A stretch of DNA of 34,126 bases from a virus (Duplodnaviria > Caudoviricetes), in IMG/VR virus record IMGVR_UViG_3300047565_000055, positions 1-34,126 of that record; one strand, given 5' to 3'. The translations under genes were made by a program, and so were the position numbers. A model generated the notes under the pieces. That model searched no databases, was not told the DNA's origin, and worked only from the letters and a program-made list of their open reading frames with translations. Shown in pieces: positions 1 to 7,687 of the stretch. Numbering within the stretch: position 1 is the stretch's first letter; each line of letters starts with the position of its first letter.

Positions 1-127
1 CCGATTCTGGGCACGCCTCGTTGTCCATGTAGTTAATGATCAAAAAATCGACATCCTTATCGTTCAACAATTCGTCATGAAACCAAAACGGATTGGTTGG
101 ATTCCAATCCATGTAAACCCCTTGTTT
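1..127. repeat. Terminal direct repeat, left copy (identical to 34000-34126); circular-assembly overlap
   Basis: Exact 127-bp identity of the two ends, inside the terL coding sequence; 127 is a common assembler k-mer. Confidence 0.95.
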
Positions 128-538
128 CGTCCTGGATGCCAATTCCGTGTAACTATGAAACGACATGTTGTTGCACTCGTTCATGTAAAGCCATTCACGT
201 CTGGCCCCTCGCAATTTGGCGTCATTGTCTGCGCTGAAAAATTCGATCTGGGAACCGTTGCCAAATGTATATTTAAAATCCGTTGCATTCCACCGATCTT
301 CAAACCACCGGCCCGTTTCAAACATAATCTTTTTAAAATCCTTCATTGCTCCGCGCTTCAAATGCGGAATTGATTCCGCGACGATCGAGATTTCAGAAAA
401 CGGCGTCTTTGCCGCGATGTCGATTAATATCGGAATGATTGCGTACGTTTTGCCTGCGGACGTGCCCCCCTGGACGCCACGGATGAAACGGCGCATTTTA
501 AGTATTTTGTTGATCGCAGTCGTCCGGATAAATGCCAT
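1..538 (-). CDS. terL: Terminase large subunit, N-terminal ATPase part (PBSX-type); continues across the join into 33344-34126, about 397 aa in total
   Basis: Manual translation from ATG 538: MAFIRTTAINKILKMRRFIRGVQGGTSAGKTYAII (Walker A) ... KLRGARRDWLYMNECNN (Walker B) ... YMDWNP; in frame with the 33344..34111 ORF. Confidence 0.93.
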   Translation of the reverse strand, partial: MAFIRTTAINKILKMRRFIRGVQGGTSAGKTYAIIPILIDIAAKTPFSEISIVAESIPHLKRGAMKDFKKIMFETGRWFEDRWNATDFKYTFGNGSQIEFFSADNDAKLRGARREWLYMNECNNMSFHSYTELASRTKQGVYMDWNPTNPFWFHDELLNDKDVDFLIINYMDNEACPES

Positions 539-630
539 TAAAAAAGCAATTGAAAAATAAAATACCAAAACGCTACCCCGGTAAAAAACCAAACGGAAAA
601 CCCAAACAGTTTGTATTTATTCAACTTCAT
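538..630 (-). CDS. 30-aa hydrophobic membrane peptide between terS and terL (not in ORF track)
   Basis: MKLNKYKLFGFSVWFFTGVAFWYFIFQLLF; ACAACACAAC leader; TAATG stop/start overlap with terL. Confidence 0.6.
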   Translation of the reverse strand: MKLNKYKLFGFSVWFFTGVAFWYFIFQLLF

Positions 631-1003
631 GTTGTGTTGTTTCTGGGAATAAAGGTTGTTCAATGATCGTCTGTGTCATGTTCAAAGTTTCTTTCGGCTT
701 TCCGTATACCCTGGTCAATAGCGTATCAATCGAGTAAAGGCTGCCCTTCTCCAGGGACTTTCTTAATGCCCCGGCGATCGTCTTTTCTAAAACCGTTGCC
801 TTTGGATTGTCCCAGACGGATTTGAGTTCCTGCATGTCCATTGCCATTATCGCCTGGATGCAATCGTTCACCTCTGCCACCTTGTACCCTTGTTCCTTCA
901 ATTGGCTTACATACTTTCGCGGACGACCGTTCGGGTTGTTCGTTTCCCCTTTTTGCGGAATTGATAAAACGCCGCCATGTGCCTGCTTGACTTTCTTTGC
1001 CAT
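617..1003 (-). CDS. terS: Putative terminase small subunit
   Basis: KGETNNPNGRPRK motif and C-terminal LLTRVYGKPKE; directly upstream of terL. Confidence 0.7.
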   Translation of the reverse strand: MAKKVKQAHGGVLSIPQKGETNNPNGRPRKYVSQLKEQGYKVAEVNDCIQAIMAMDMQELKSVWDNPKATVLEKTIAGALRKSLEKGSLYSIDTLLTRVYGKPKETLNMTQTIIEQPLFPETTQHEVE

Positions 1004-1029
1004 CCCTTTGTTACTCCTTTGTTTTTTAC

Positions 1030-1749
1030 CTATACGTTTAATTGAATCGCGAAACTTGTTCCCCGGTGCCTGGCCTCTTTTATCATGCCTGGATATTCCC
1101 GGATCAACTTTTTGATTGCAGTTTTTTCCTTCTCGATCCGCTTACTGTCCCGGCAACCGCCTTGCAACTGTGTGTGTTCATGCTGCATGAATAGTATGTT
1201 GGATCTGACCGTTATTCCCCTTTCCTTCAAATGTCGCAGCGTTAATTCATAATCCTCTTTCACCTCATACGCCTCGTTGAAATAATACGTTCCGTCGTTG
1301 ACCACTCCCATGCAGGAACCCAGACAAATCCCGTTGAATAAAAAAGGGTTATAGGAATAGTTTGTTAGATTGTTTCCGACGGTGAACAGTCCCAGAATCT
1401 TACTGTCCACCTGGTAACAAACCTCAAAAAGTTTTTTGATTTCGTCAATGTAGACGAATTCGTCGTCTACCCTTTGAACTTTGTATTTCAGTTGCGTCCG
1501 TTCAACATAGCCGCCGTATTGCAAATCGTCATCCAGGAAAAAAACATTGTTAGGATTATTTTTTAAAATCCAATTCCTCGTTTGAGTTATGCCTTTGACT
1601 TCGTTCGGGATGCCGACGATTTTGTTGTCGTATATTCTGTACTGTGAAACCTCGCTTTCTGGCACGTACAAAATGCCCGTTGAAAATATCTTTTGTGATG
1701 TAATCAACCCGGCCCGGCCCTTTGACGGTATGCAAATATCAAATTGCAT
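1030..1749 (-). CDS. GT-A fold glycosyltransferase of the GREB1-like / TET-associated (TAGT) type
   Basis: ICIPSKGR start, GITQTRNWIL, FLDDD (DxD), KEDYELTLRHL, C-terminal GGC; true start taken as MQFDICIPS at 1749, overlapping the ParB gene end. Confidence 0.75.
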   Translation of the reverse strand: MQFDICIPSKGRAGLITSQKIFSTGILYVPESEVSQYRIYDNKIVGIPNEVKGITQTRNWILKNNPNNVFFLDDDLQYGGYVERTQLKYKVQRVDDEFVYIDEIKKLFEVCYQVDSKILGLFTVGNNLTNYSYNPFLFNGICLGSCMGVVNDGTYYFNEAYEVKEDYELTLRHLKERGITVRSNILFMQHEHTQLQGGCRDSKRIEKEKTAIKKLIREYPGMIKEARHRGTSFAIQLNV

Positions 1750-2368
1750 CCAATACCCTTTTTTTGAATGTGGCAAAATCAAAGACGCGTTCCAATCCGC
1801 TTGTTGCTTTGTCCGACGTGCTGCCAATCGCGCAGCCACCCTGGCGCACTACCTGGCATTTAAAAATCGATTTGATCTGTTCCCACTCCTCGCTATCCTC
1901 GTCCGCCATGATCAAAACATATTCTTTTTTTGGAATTACTTGCAAAGACTTCTCCAGATGCAAAACGTCATCCTCCTCCATTTTGTCGATCTTGTCAAGT
2001 TCTGGAATATCCAAACCCCAATCCGTTAACTGTTCGACGTCCCAATCGGATTTTAATTCCTCCCAATTCCATTCACCAAATCCGACGTTGTCCTTGATCA
2101 AAAATTCTGCCCTTTGTTCTTCGGTCCAATCGTCCGCCAGGATTACCGGCAATTCTTTTAATCCGATTTCCTTTGCGGCCTTCAATCGCATATTACCACC
2201 CAGGACGACCAATTTTTTGTCTGCATCCGTGTAACAGATCAAAGGCCTTTTTGTCAACATATCCGGGAACTCATGCAGGGATTGGACAAGTTTATTAAAC
2301 TTGTCATCCTTGATAATCCGAGGATTATTTGGATTTGGCTTTATTTCCGATATTTTCCTGACTTGCAT
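1739..2368 (-). CDS. ParB/Srx N-terminal domain protein
   Basis: IKPNPNNPRII...VLGGNMRLKAAKEIGLKELPV...FLIKDNVGFGEWNWEEL. Confidence 0.85.
   Translation of the reverse strand: MQVRKISEIKPNPNNPRIIKDDKFNKLVQSLHEFPDMLTKRPLICYTDADKKLVVLGGNMRLKAAKEIGLKELPVILADDWTEEQRAEFLIKDNVGFGEWNWEELKSDWDVEQLTDWGLDIPELDKIDKMEEDDVLHLEKSLQVIPKKEYVLIMADEDSEEWEQIKSIFKCQVVRQGGCAIGSTSDKATSGLERVFDFATFKKRVLDAI
1769..1793 (-). promoter_or_regulatory. Variant of putative late promoter (GGAAC-N12-TTGCCACA) 19 nt upstream of the glycosyltransferase start
   Basis: TTGCCACA box exact; AAC box shifted by one base relative to the four full copies. Confidence 0.4.
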
Positions 2369-2564
2369 CTAACTTGTTTTTGTTTTCAAATACAAAACGG
2401 ATCAATTCATTTACGCAAGGTTGGCATCCACGAAATGAAAACTCCGATTCTGGATCAATGATTTTAGACAGTCGTTCGAACTCGATTAGTTCATCAATCG
2501 ACGGATGAACGTCGACGCCTGCGATAATTCTTTCGTAAAGGAATGTTTGAGATAATACGTCCAT
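2325..2564 (-). CDS. Hypothetical protein with CxxC (GCQPCV)
   Basis: 79-aa ORF packed between sigma-like and ParB genes; A-rich leader. Confidence 0.65.
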   Translation of the reverse strand: MDVLSQTFLYERIIAGVDVHPSIDELIEFERLSKIIDPESEFSFRGCQPCVNELIRFVFENKNKLDASQENIGNKAKSK

Positions 2565-2575
2565 AATTTTTGGTT

Positions 2576-3046
2576 TTAAAGATCCATGTGTTTTTTTATT
2601 TCAATTCTTGCTTTTTTAATCGTCTTGCAAATGCCAGAATATTCGATGCCGGTTATGGCCTCCACCTTTCTATAACTGCCATGTTCCGCATAAAGTTCGA
2701 GCAATTTGGCATCGTACCAATAAATTTTGTCTAAAGGTACAACAATGATTTCAATTGGCGATTCATCCGCAACGTCTGCAAACGATTCCAGTGCCGTTTC
2801 TCTGCCCTGCAACTTATTGAATGAACTTCTTTCCCACCTAACCATATTGACAAGCATTTTGGCCACGTATGCCACAAATTTGCCACGTTCAAACAGATCG
2901 ACGATGTCTGCGTCTGGCTTCAATAGCAATTCAGTAAATACGTGCTGCTTAACATCGTCGCGAATATCTGGCGGCTGAATCCTCGACAAACAATTCTCCA
3001 GATCCTTTGACCGGTAAAGTTCTTCGATTATGTCTTTTGCGTTCAC
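2576..3046 (-). CDS. Phage sigma70/ECF-like factor (putative late-gene regulator)
   Basis: Region-2-like DDVKQHVFTELL...FVAYVAKMLVNMVR and region-4 HTH SYRKVEAITGIEYSGICKTIKKAR; lies at the replication/late boundary; GTG start. Confidence 0.7.
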   Translation of the reverse strand: MNAKDIIEELYRSKDLENCLSRIQPPDIRDDVKQHVFTELLLKPDADIVDLFERGKFVAYVAKMLVNMVRWERSSFNKLQGRETALESFADVADESPIEIIVVPLDKIYWYDAKLLELYAEHGSYRKVEAITGIEYSGICKTIKKARIEIKKHMDL

Positions 3047-3082
3047 GGTATAAATTTACGGGTTTTTTGTTGTTTGTCTTTT

Positions 3083-3117
3083 TAGGGATGCGCAGCGTCA
3101 GCGTCGCGCATTCCCTA
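3083..3117. other. GC-rich hairpin flanking the origin-like element
   Basis: TAGGGATGCGC ... GCGCATTCCCTA (one bulge) enclosing AGCGTC x2. Confidence 0.55.
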
Positions 3118-3149
3118 TGTATTTATATTTATAGTTATATCAACTCGAT

Positions 3150-3375
3150 AGTTCTGTTATAGTTTTGTTATAACTCTGTTATTAAACGCTTGATATTCAA
3201 TAAATAGCACATGATTAAAATTTGACATATCGCATGTTTTGAACGTATGATAAAAATTCATCATGTATGACATTGTTTTTTGTAAAGTATTGGACATCAA
3301 CTGTTTATAAAATATGGTTAAAAAACCTCTGTTAATAACAAAATATAACAAACGTATAACAAAGTTATAACAAAA
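3150..3375. repeat. Putative replication origin: inverted arrays of phased iterons with two IHF-like sites
   Basis: TGTTAT at 3155, 3166, 3177; ATAACA at 3335, 3345, 3356, 3367; TATCAAGCGTTTA on - strand at 3183-3195 and CATCAACTGTTTA at 3295-3307; AT-rich, directly downstream of primase-helicase. Confidence 0.6.
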
Positions 3376-3380
3376 TGCAC

Positions 3381-5138
3381 CTAATCAATCGCTTCATATT
3401 GTCGCGATAAAGTATTGAAACTGAACGACGTAAAGCCAATTTTCCCAATCCACCACCAACGAATTTTCTGCACATAGGCCGTTACCACGTTAGTTTCAAA
3501 ATCTCGATAGATCGTCAACCCGTTATCTGTCTTATTGAAAAAATTAGCCGATCCGCTGATCGAATACATGGTTGGAACTTCATATTTCCCCGTCGCTTTG
3601 TCCTTTTGTAACTTGGTTGGATGCGCAATTAAAAAAATGTGAATCCCTAATTTCCTGGCTGCCATCCGGATTTTGGACAGTACGTCGGATATGTATTGGG
3701 TTTCTGTGTATCCGTTTGGTACCTTGTGTTCAATATAGTTCCAGGGATCAATTAGCAGCCCCTTGATGCCCTTACGCAATACCAATTCAGCCGTCTTTGC
3801 CAATATGCCGTCAATCGTTATATCCGCTTCCATCGTGTTTATAAAAAAGAAATTGTCGGACAGATACCCCGTTACCATCTCCAATTCAAATTTTGAAATT
3901 CCCGTCGAAGATTTGTTAAATGGCTTTTCGGATAGTTTTTCGATCAACTTGGTTGCATGGAATACCGGCGGCGAATTCTCGAAAGAACAGACGGCCCATT
4001 TCCATCCATGGTTAACTGACGTTTTGGCCATTAGCCAATCTGTGAATTCAGACTTTCCGGATCCAGGGATTCCGGTAATTGTCGTTAGGTCCCCTGGCAT
4101 GAATGAAATTAATTTGTCCAATGATTCGATTCCAATTTTTACCCCCTCTGGATAGCCGTTCTCGTAAAGATCAAAGATTTCTGTTTCCAGGGTTTCCTTT
4201 TCAACGATTCCCTTAATAGGAAACGGTATTGATTTCTCGATCATGGACCGGACGGCATCCGCCCCGTGTTTTATCAATACGTCGTTGGCGTCTTTGCAGT
4301 CGGACGGATATTGAATAAAAGAACATTTTTCGATCCCAAAACGCCTGGCCAATTCATCTTTGAGATTCTGCCCTACCTGGTCGTTATCCGTCGCGATAAT
4401 GATTTGTTTCTTGTCAATGAAATATTCTGCGCAGTTATCCAGGTACGGCAATTTCATTACTCCCTTTGGCGTCGTTCCATTCGGTACGCTTACCACGTTA
4501 TAAATTCCGGCCTCGTATAACGACATGGCGTCGATTTCACCTTCGACAATTACGGCCGTGTCTGTGTCCTTGATCGCATCAATATTGTAAAAGATCAATT
4601 CCGCATCTTTTGCCAATTTGAAATCCTTTCCAGGGCCGCGGAATTTTATGTTGATTAATTCCTCATTTCGAAAGTAATTAAAACAAACGACGTTGGTTTC
4701 TTTCTGGGCCTTTGGCATCCACTCAAACGATTGCGATATTTTGAACCTTAACAACGTATTGTTTGATATGCCGCGATCCTCAAAATATTTTATAAAATGC
4801 GGATGTATTTTCTCCAGACGTTGCACCGGACGGACATAATCTTTGGAATCCTTCTCCAACTCGAAATTATAGATCCTGGCGACATGCTCGACGGCATCAT
4901 TAAAGCCGCAGTTCGTGTGTTTCATAACAAACGCGAAAACGTCGCCAGATTCGCCGCACCCAAAACATTTGTAAAAATTACCGTTAACCGGTATTTTGAA
5001 CGACGGCGTTTTCTCGTTATGAAATGGACAATTCCCGACGTAATCTGAACCGGTGCGTTTCAACTTGATGAAAGTTTCAACGACCTCCGAAACCTTTGCA
5101 ATTGCTTTCAACTGCATGATTGATTCATGGCTTATCAT
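3381..5138 (-). CDS. Bifunctional DNA primase-helicase (CHC2 zinc finger + TOPRIM + DnaB/SF4 helicase)
   Basis: CPFHNEKTPSF...FYKCFGCG; IVEGEIDAMS, ATDND; GIPGSGKS Walker A, LLIDPWN, FLIAHPTK. Confidence 0.93.
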   Translation of the reverse strand: MISHESIMQLKAIAKVSEVVETFIKLKRTGSDYVGNCPFHNEKTPSFKIPVNGNFYKCFGCGESGDVFAFVMKHTNCGFNDAVEHVARIYNFELEKDSKDYVRPVQRLEKIHPHFIKYFEDRGISNNTLLRFKISQSFEWMPKAQKETNVVCFNYFRNEELINIKFRGPGKDFKLAKDAELIFYNIDAIKDTDTAVIVEGEIDAMSLYEAGIYNVVSVPNGTTPKGVMKLPYLDNCAEYFIDKKQIIIATDNDQVGQNLKDELARRFGIEKCSFIQYPSDCKDANDVLIKHGADAVRSMIEKSIPFPIKGIVEKETLETEIFDLYENGYPEGVKIGIESLDKLISFMPGDLTTITGIPGSGKSEFTDWLMAKTSVNHGWKWAVCSFENSPPVFHATKLIEKLSEKPFNKSSTGISKFELEMVTGYLSDNFFFINTMEADITIDGILAKTAELVLRKGIKGLLIDPWNYIEHKVPNGYTETQYISDVLSKIRMAARKLGIHIFLIAHPTKLQKDKATGKYEVPTMYSISGSANFFNKTDNGLTIYRDFETNVVTAYVQKIRWWWIGKIGFTSFSFNTLSRQYEAID

Positions 5139-5518
5139 AAAATCATTTTATTTTGTTCTGGCTTCGCTTTCCATCTTTTATCCATTCCAATTTTTCCGGC
5201 CTTCGACCTGGCCGATTTTAATTCCTTGTATTGGTTCATCGACCGGATTAAACGATCCGAAAAGAAAGTTTCATCAACGATTAAAAAAAGGTCATAACTG
5301 CGGATAACGGCCTCGACTTTTTCTTTCGAGCAATTAATCGAAAAGGCTATGTCGTCCACGGATTCAATAGGCAAACGATTTCCTGGGGCATCCCTTAACA
5401 TTTCAATTAATGCCCAATAAATTCCATACCCTTCCATTCCCAACTGTCTGCGCAACTTGATAATTTTAACGTCATTACGCGCGTTACTGTCATGCGAAAA
5501 ATAAAATGATTCTTTCAT
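5135..5518 (-). CDS. Replication initiator-like protein (DUF4373 / Lin1244-type N-terminal wHTH only)
   Basis: YFSHDSNARND..IIKLRRQLGMEGYGIYWALIEML...RSKAGKIGMDKRW; ATGA overlap with primase-helicase; start taken at MKESF 5518. Confidence 0.75.
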   Translation of the reverse strand: MKESFYFSHDSNARNDVKIIKLRRQLGMEGYGIYWALIEMLRDAPGNRLPIESVDDIAFSINCSKEKVEAVIRSYDLFLIVDETFFSDRLIRSMNQYKELKSARSKAGKIGMDKRWKAKPEQNKMIL

Positions 5519-5521
5519 AAA

Positions 5522-5637
5522 ATAAAAAAAACCCGAAAAGTGGTAAGGGTGAAACCGCATTGGCTTTCGCCTATGCTCCTTACCGCCTTTCGGGCGTTAA
5601 TGTTTTTTACTTCTCGATGGGTTTCACTTCACCGATG
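5522..5637 (-). ncRNA. Structured cis-regulatory RNA / attenuator upstream of the initiator
   Basis: 17-bp outer stem (5532-5548 with 5578-5594), inner GAAA-tetraloop hairpin, 8-nt bulge GGUUUCAC complementary to upstream GUGAAACC (5620-5627), followed by a U-tract. Confidence 0.55.
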
Positions 5638-5640
5638 TTG

Positions 5641-6111
5641 TTACAAAGATAGAATAAAATCGTAAAGATCAAAAAATTGATCCGTCGTCCCAATAAATTC
5701 ATAAATGCCCCCGGCCCGGCGTTCACGGATCTGTTCCGACAATTGATCTGGCCGCGGCTTATCTCGTCCGACCTTGATTTCGATCATGACAGACCGCCCG
5801 TTGATCGTCGCGGATATGTCCGCCGTACCCTTGCGCGTTGACGACGGGATCCATTTTTTAACGCCAATTTTTGCGCCAGACGGTTGCTTCTCCACGCCAT
5901 CGACCAAACGCCCAGAAACATTAATTCGCGTCGCCCGGTGTTCTTTCCAGGACAGAAAGTTACAGATGAACGACGTTAACCCATTTGCCGCTTCAACCTT
6001 TGGGACTTTTGGCTCCAGATAAAAACCGTCTTTGAACGCCGACGGATATTGCACTTTGAACCATTCCAGGTGCGCCTCCATGTATCTGGGGTGTTCACTT
6101 TTTTTTGCCAT
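5641..6111 (-). CDS. VRR-NUC / PD-(D/E)XK nuclease (putative Holliday junction resolvase)
   Basis: KGTADISATINGRSVMIEIKVGRDKPRPDQ; start taken at MAKKSEH. Confidence 0.8.
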   Translation of the reverse strand: MAKKSEHPRYMEAHLEWFKVQYPSAFKDGFYLEPKVPKVEAANGLTSFICNFLSWKEHRATRINVSGRLVDGVEKQPSGAKIGVKKWIPSSTRKGTADISATINGRSVMIEIKVGRDKPRPDQLSEQIRERRAGGIYEFIGTTDQFFDLYDFILSL

Positions 6112-6334
6112 TGGAATACGTTTCATTAAAATAATCCTCAAAGGTTGAATCTTTTGAAATGCAGCCATTAACCCATGCCTGGCGTAAATGATCCTTTTCT
6201 TTCTCCAGACTAACCTCCATTAATTCAATCAACTCCCTGGCATCAATCTGTTTCAATCCCATTTTTTTTGCAATACTTACATAGTGCAAAAATTGAACAA
6301 GCATAGTTTGTTGTTTCATTTTTCTTTTTTTCAT
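6095..6334 (-). CDS. Hypothetical protein
   Basis: ATGA overlap with upstream gene; LEKEKDHLRQAW..G...FEDYFNETY. Confidence 0.65.
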   Translation of the reverse strand: MKKRKMKQQTMLVQFLHYVSIAKKMGLKQIDARELIELMEVSLEKEKDHLRQAWVNGCISKDSTFEDYFNETYSNGKKK

Positions 6335-6726
6335 AATGTGTTTTCCATCGTTAACGCCATGATCATTTGGGAACTCATTAACGGCGTATAATCCGCCAGG
6401 CCTTTGGCGATCCACAAACTGAATTTCTCCTGCAACCTTTTTGTTTTTAACTGATCCCGTTCAAAAGGTGAATCGACAAAGTAAAGAATTGAATAAGAAA
6501 TTTCATTTGTCTTTTTTCTTTCGCCTCTAAACTTGATCAAACCGGCATCCATCAAAACGCTAACCAATGCCGTTACAGTTTGGTGCGGCATGTCAAGTTC
6601 TATTCGCATTGTGTCAATATCCGTTCCAGGGTGTGCCTGGACGTAATCCAATACTCGGACAGACTTGATTTCCATTTCGCCGGTACCCATCAATTTAAGC
6701 CAATTTTTTACGCTTGCATCACTCAT
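6331..6726 (-). CDS. Winged helix-turn-helix protein
   Basis: VLDYVQAHPGTDIDTMRIELDMPHQTVTALVSVLMDAGLIKFRGERK. Confidence 0.65.
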   Translation of the reverse strand: MSDASVKNWLKLMGTGEMEIKSVRVLDYVQAHPGTDIDTMRIELDMPHQTVTALVSVLMDAGLIKFRGERKKTNEISYSILYFVDSPFERDQLKTKRLQEKFSLWIAKGLADYTPLMSSQMIMALTMENTL

Positions 6727-6767
6727 GTTGTTATTTTTTTAAGTTGTTTCCAAAATGGAAATAGTTG

Positions 6768-6796
6768 AAAAAAAGGCCACCATGAAAATGGCGGCC
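6768..6796 (-). terminator. Intrinsic terminator after ssb
   Basis: GGCCGCCAT-TTTC-ATGGTGGCC followed by T7 on - strand. Confidence 0.75.
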
Positions 6797-6808
6797 GTAT
6801 GCTCAAAA

Positions 6809-7081
6809 TTAGAAAGGCAAATCGTCAATTACATTCTGCGCCGGGGCCTCTGGCTGCTTTAAATCGGATTTCTTAAAATTACCGATATACACTTTTTTTC
6901 CTTTGGCCTCGCGTTCTTCCTTGCTTTGGCGAACAGAAACGGATCCGATGTTTCCGTATTGGTCAACGTCTGCGTTAATCCAAATGTCAATGTTCAAATA
7001 CAGTTTGCCATTCTTTGCCTGCGTTAATTTTTCCTTTGGAATGTCCGAAACGCAAATCGAACCGATTAATAACTGATTCAT
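6809..7081 (-). CDS. ssb: Single-stranded DNA-binding protein (small phage type)
   Basis: Acidic C-terminal DDLPF tail, beta-rich core, in recombination module. Confidence 0.7.
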   Translation of the reverse strand: MNQLLIGSICVSDIPKEKLTQAKNGKLYLNIDIWINADVDQYGNIGSVSVRQSKEEREAKGKKVYIGNFKKSDLKQPEAPAQNVIDDLPF

Positions 7082-7126
7082 AAAAATTGCCGGATGTCGG
7101 TTGCCGGTGCCGTTAAAAGTTGAATA

Positions 7127-7687
7127 TTATACAATGTTGTTAGGGATGCCGTACTTCAATACCTGGCGTTCCCAGAACCCTGGATTTTGTCTTATCAACG
7201 CCTTTTCTGTTTTTAATGTCTTTGGACATACCCGGACAATAATTCCCACCGGCGTATTAGTCGCCATACAATACCCCGTTAACTGTTCAGCATATCCGAA
7301 ATGCTCAATTGATCTGGCCAACGGTATCTCTGAAATTTTCAGATCAATGATTAGTTTACCTGGCCGCACCATATCGATTCTGCCCTTGTATGCCATCGAC
7401 AAACCGTCGTGTTCCATGTTGCACGTGATCGACATTTCTGTTTTCATGTGCTTGACCAATTCACCGATCTGGGCCAATAGCACCCTGGCAATGGGGACAA
7501 CCAATTCACGGTTGGCCCCGTTATACTTCTCTGGCTCCAGGATGTAATTATGTACGGCCGTTCCCAACATCATTTTTTTAGTTGGCACAAAATCGCCCTT
7601 TTTGATCCCGGAATAAGAAAGGCCAGGCAAGGCCCGGTATTCGTCAAACGACAAACCAGGGTGAATTTTTAAACCGATTATTTGCAT
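7127..7687 (-). CDS. PD-(D/E)XK exonuclease (RecE / DUF3799-like)
   Basis: EYRALPGLSYSGIK, MMLGTAVHNYILEP, KGRIDM...IIDLK, GYAEQLTGY. Confidence 0.8.
   Translation of the reverse strand: MQIIGLKIHPGLSFDEYRALPGLSYSGIKKGDFVPTKKMMLGTAVHNYILEPEKYNGANRELVVPIARVLLAQIGELVKHMKTEMSITCNMEHDGLSMAYKGRIDMVRPGKLIIDLKISEIPLARSIEHFGYAEQLTGYCMATNTPVGIIVRVCPKTLKTEKALIRQNPGFWERQVLKYGIPNNIV

Noticed and set aside
1-127. Biological direct terminal repeat
   Set aside because: Length equals a standard assembler k-mer and it falls inside terL; best read as circular overlap
77-560. + strand ORFs 77..373 and 216..560
   Set aside because: Shadow frames opposite the terL ATPase domain
3157-3351. 64-aa ORF in the origin-like region
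   Set aside because: TTG start, no protein-like features, overlaps the iteron arrays; probably non-coding
5522-5637. Hammerhead ribozyme or tRNA
   Set aside because: No CUGANGA core and no cloverleaf or T-loop on either strand
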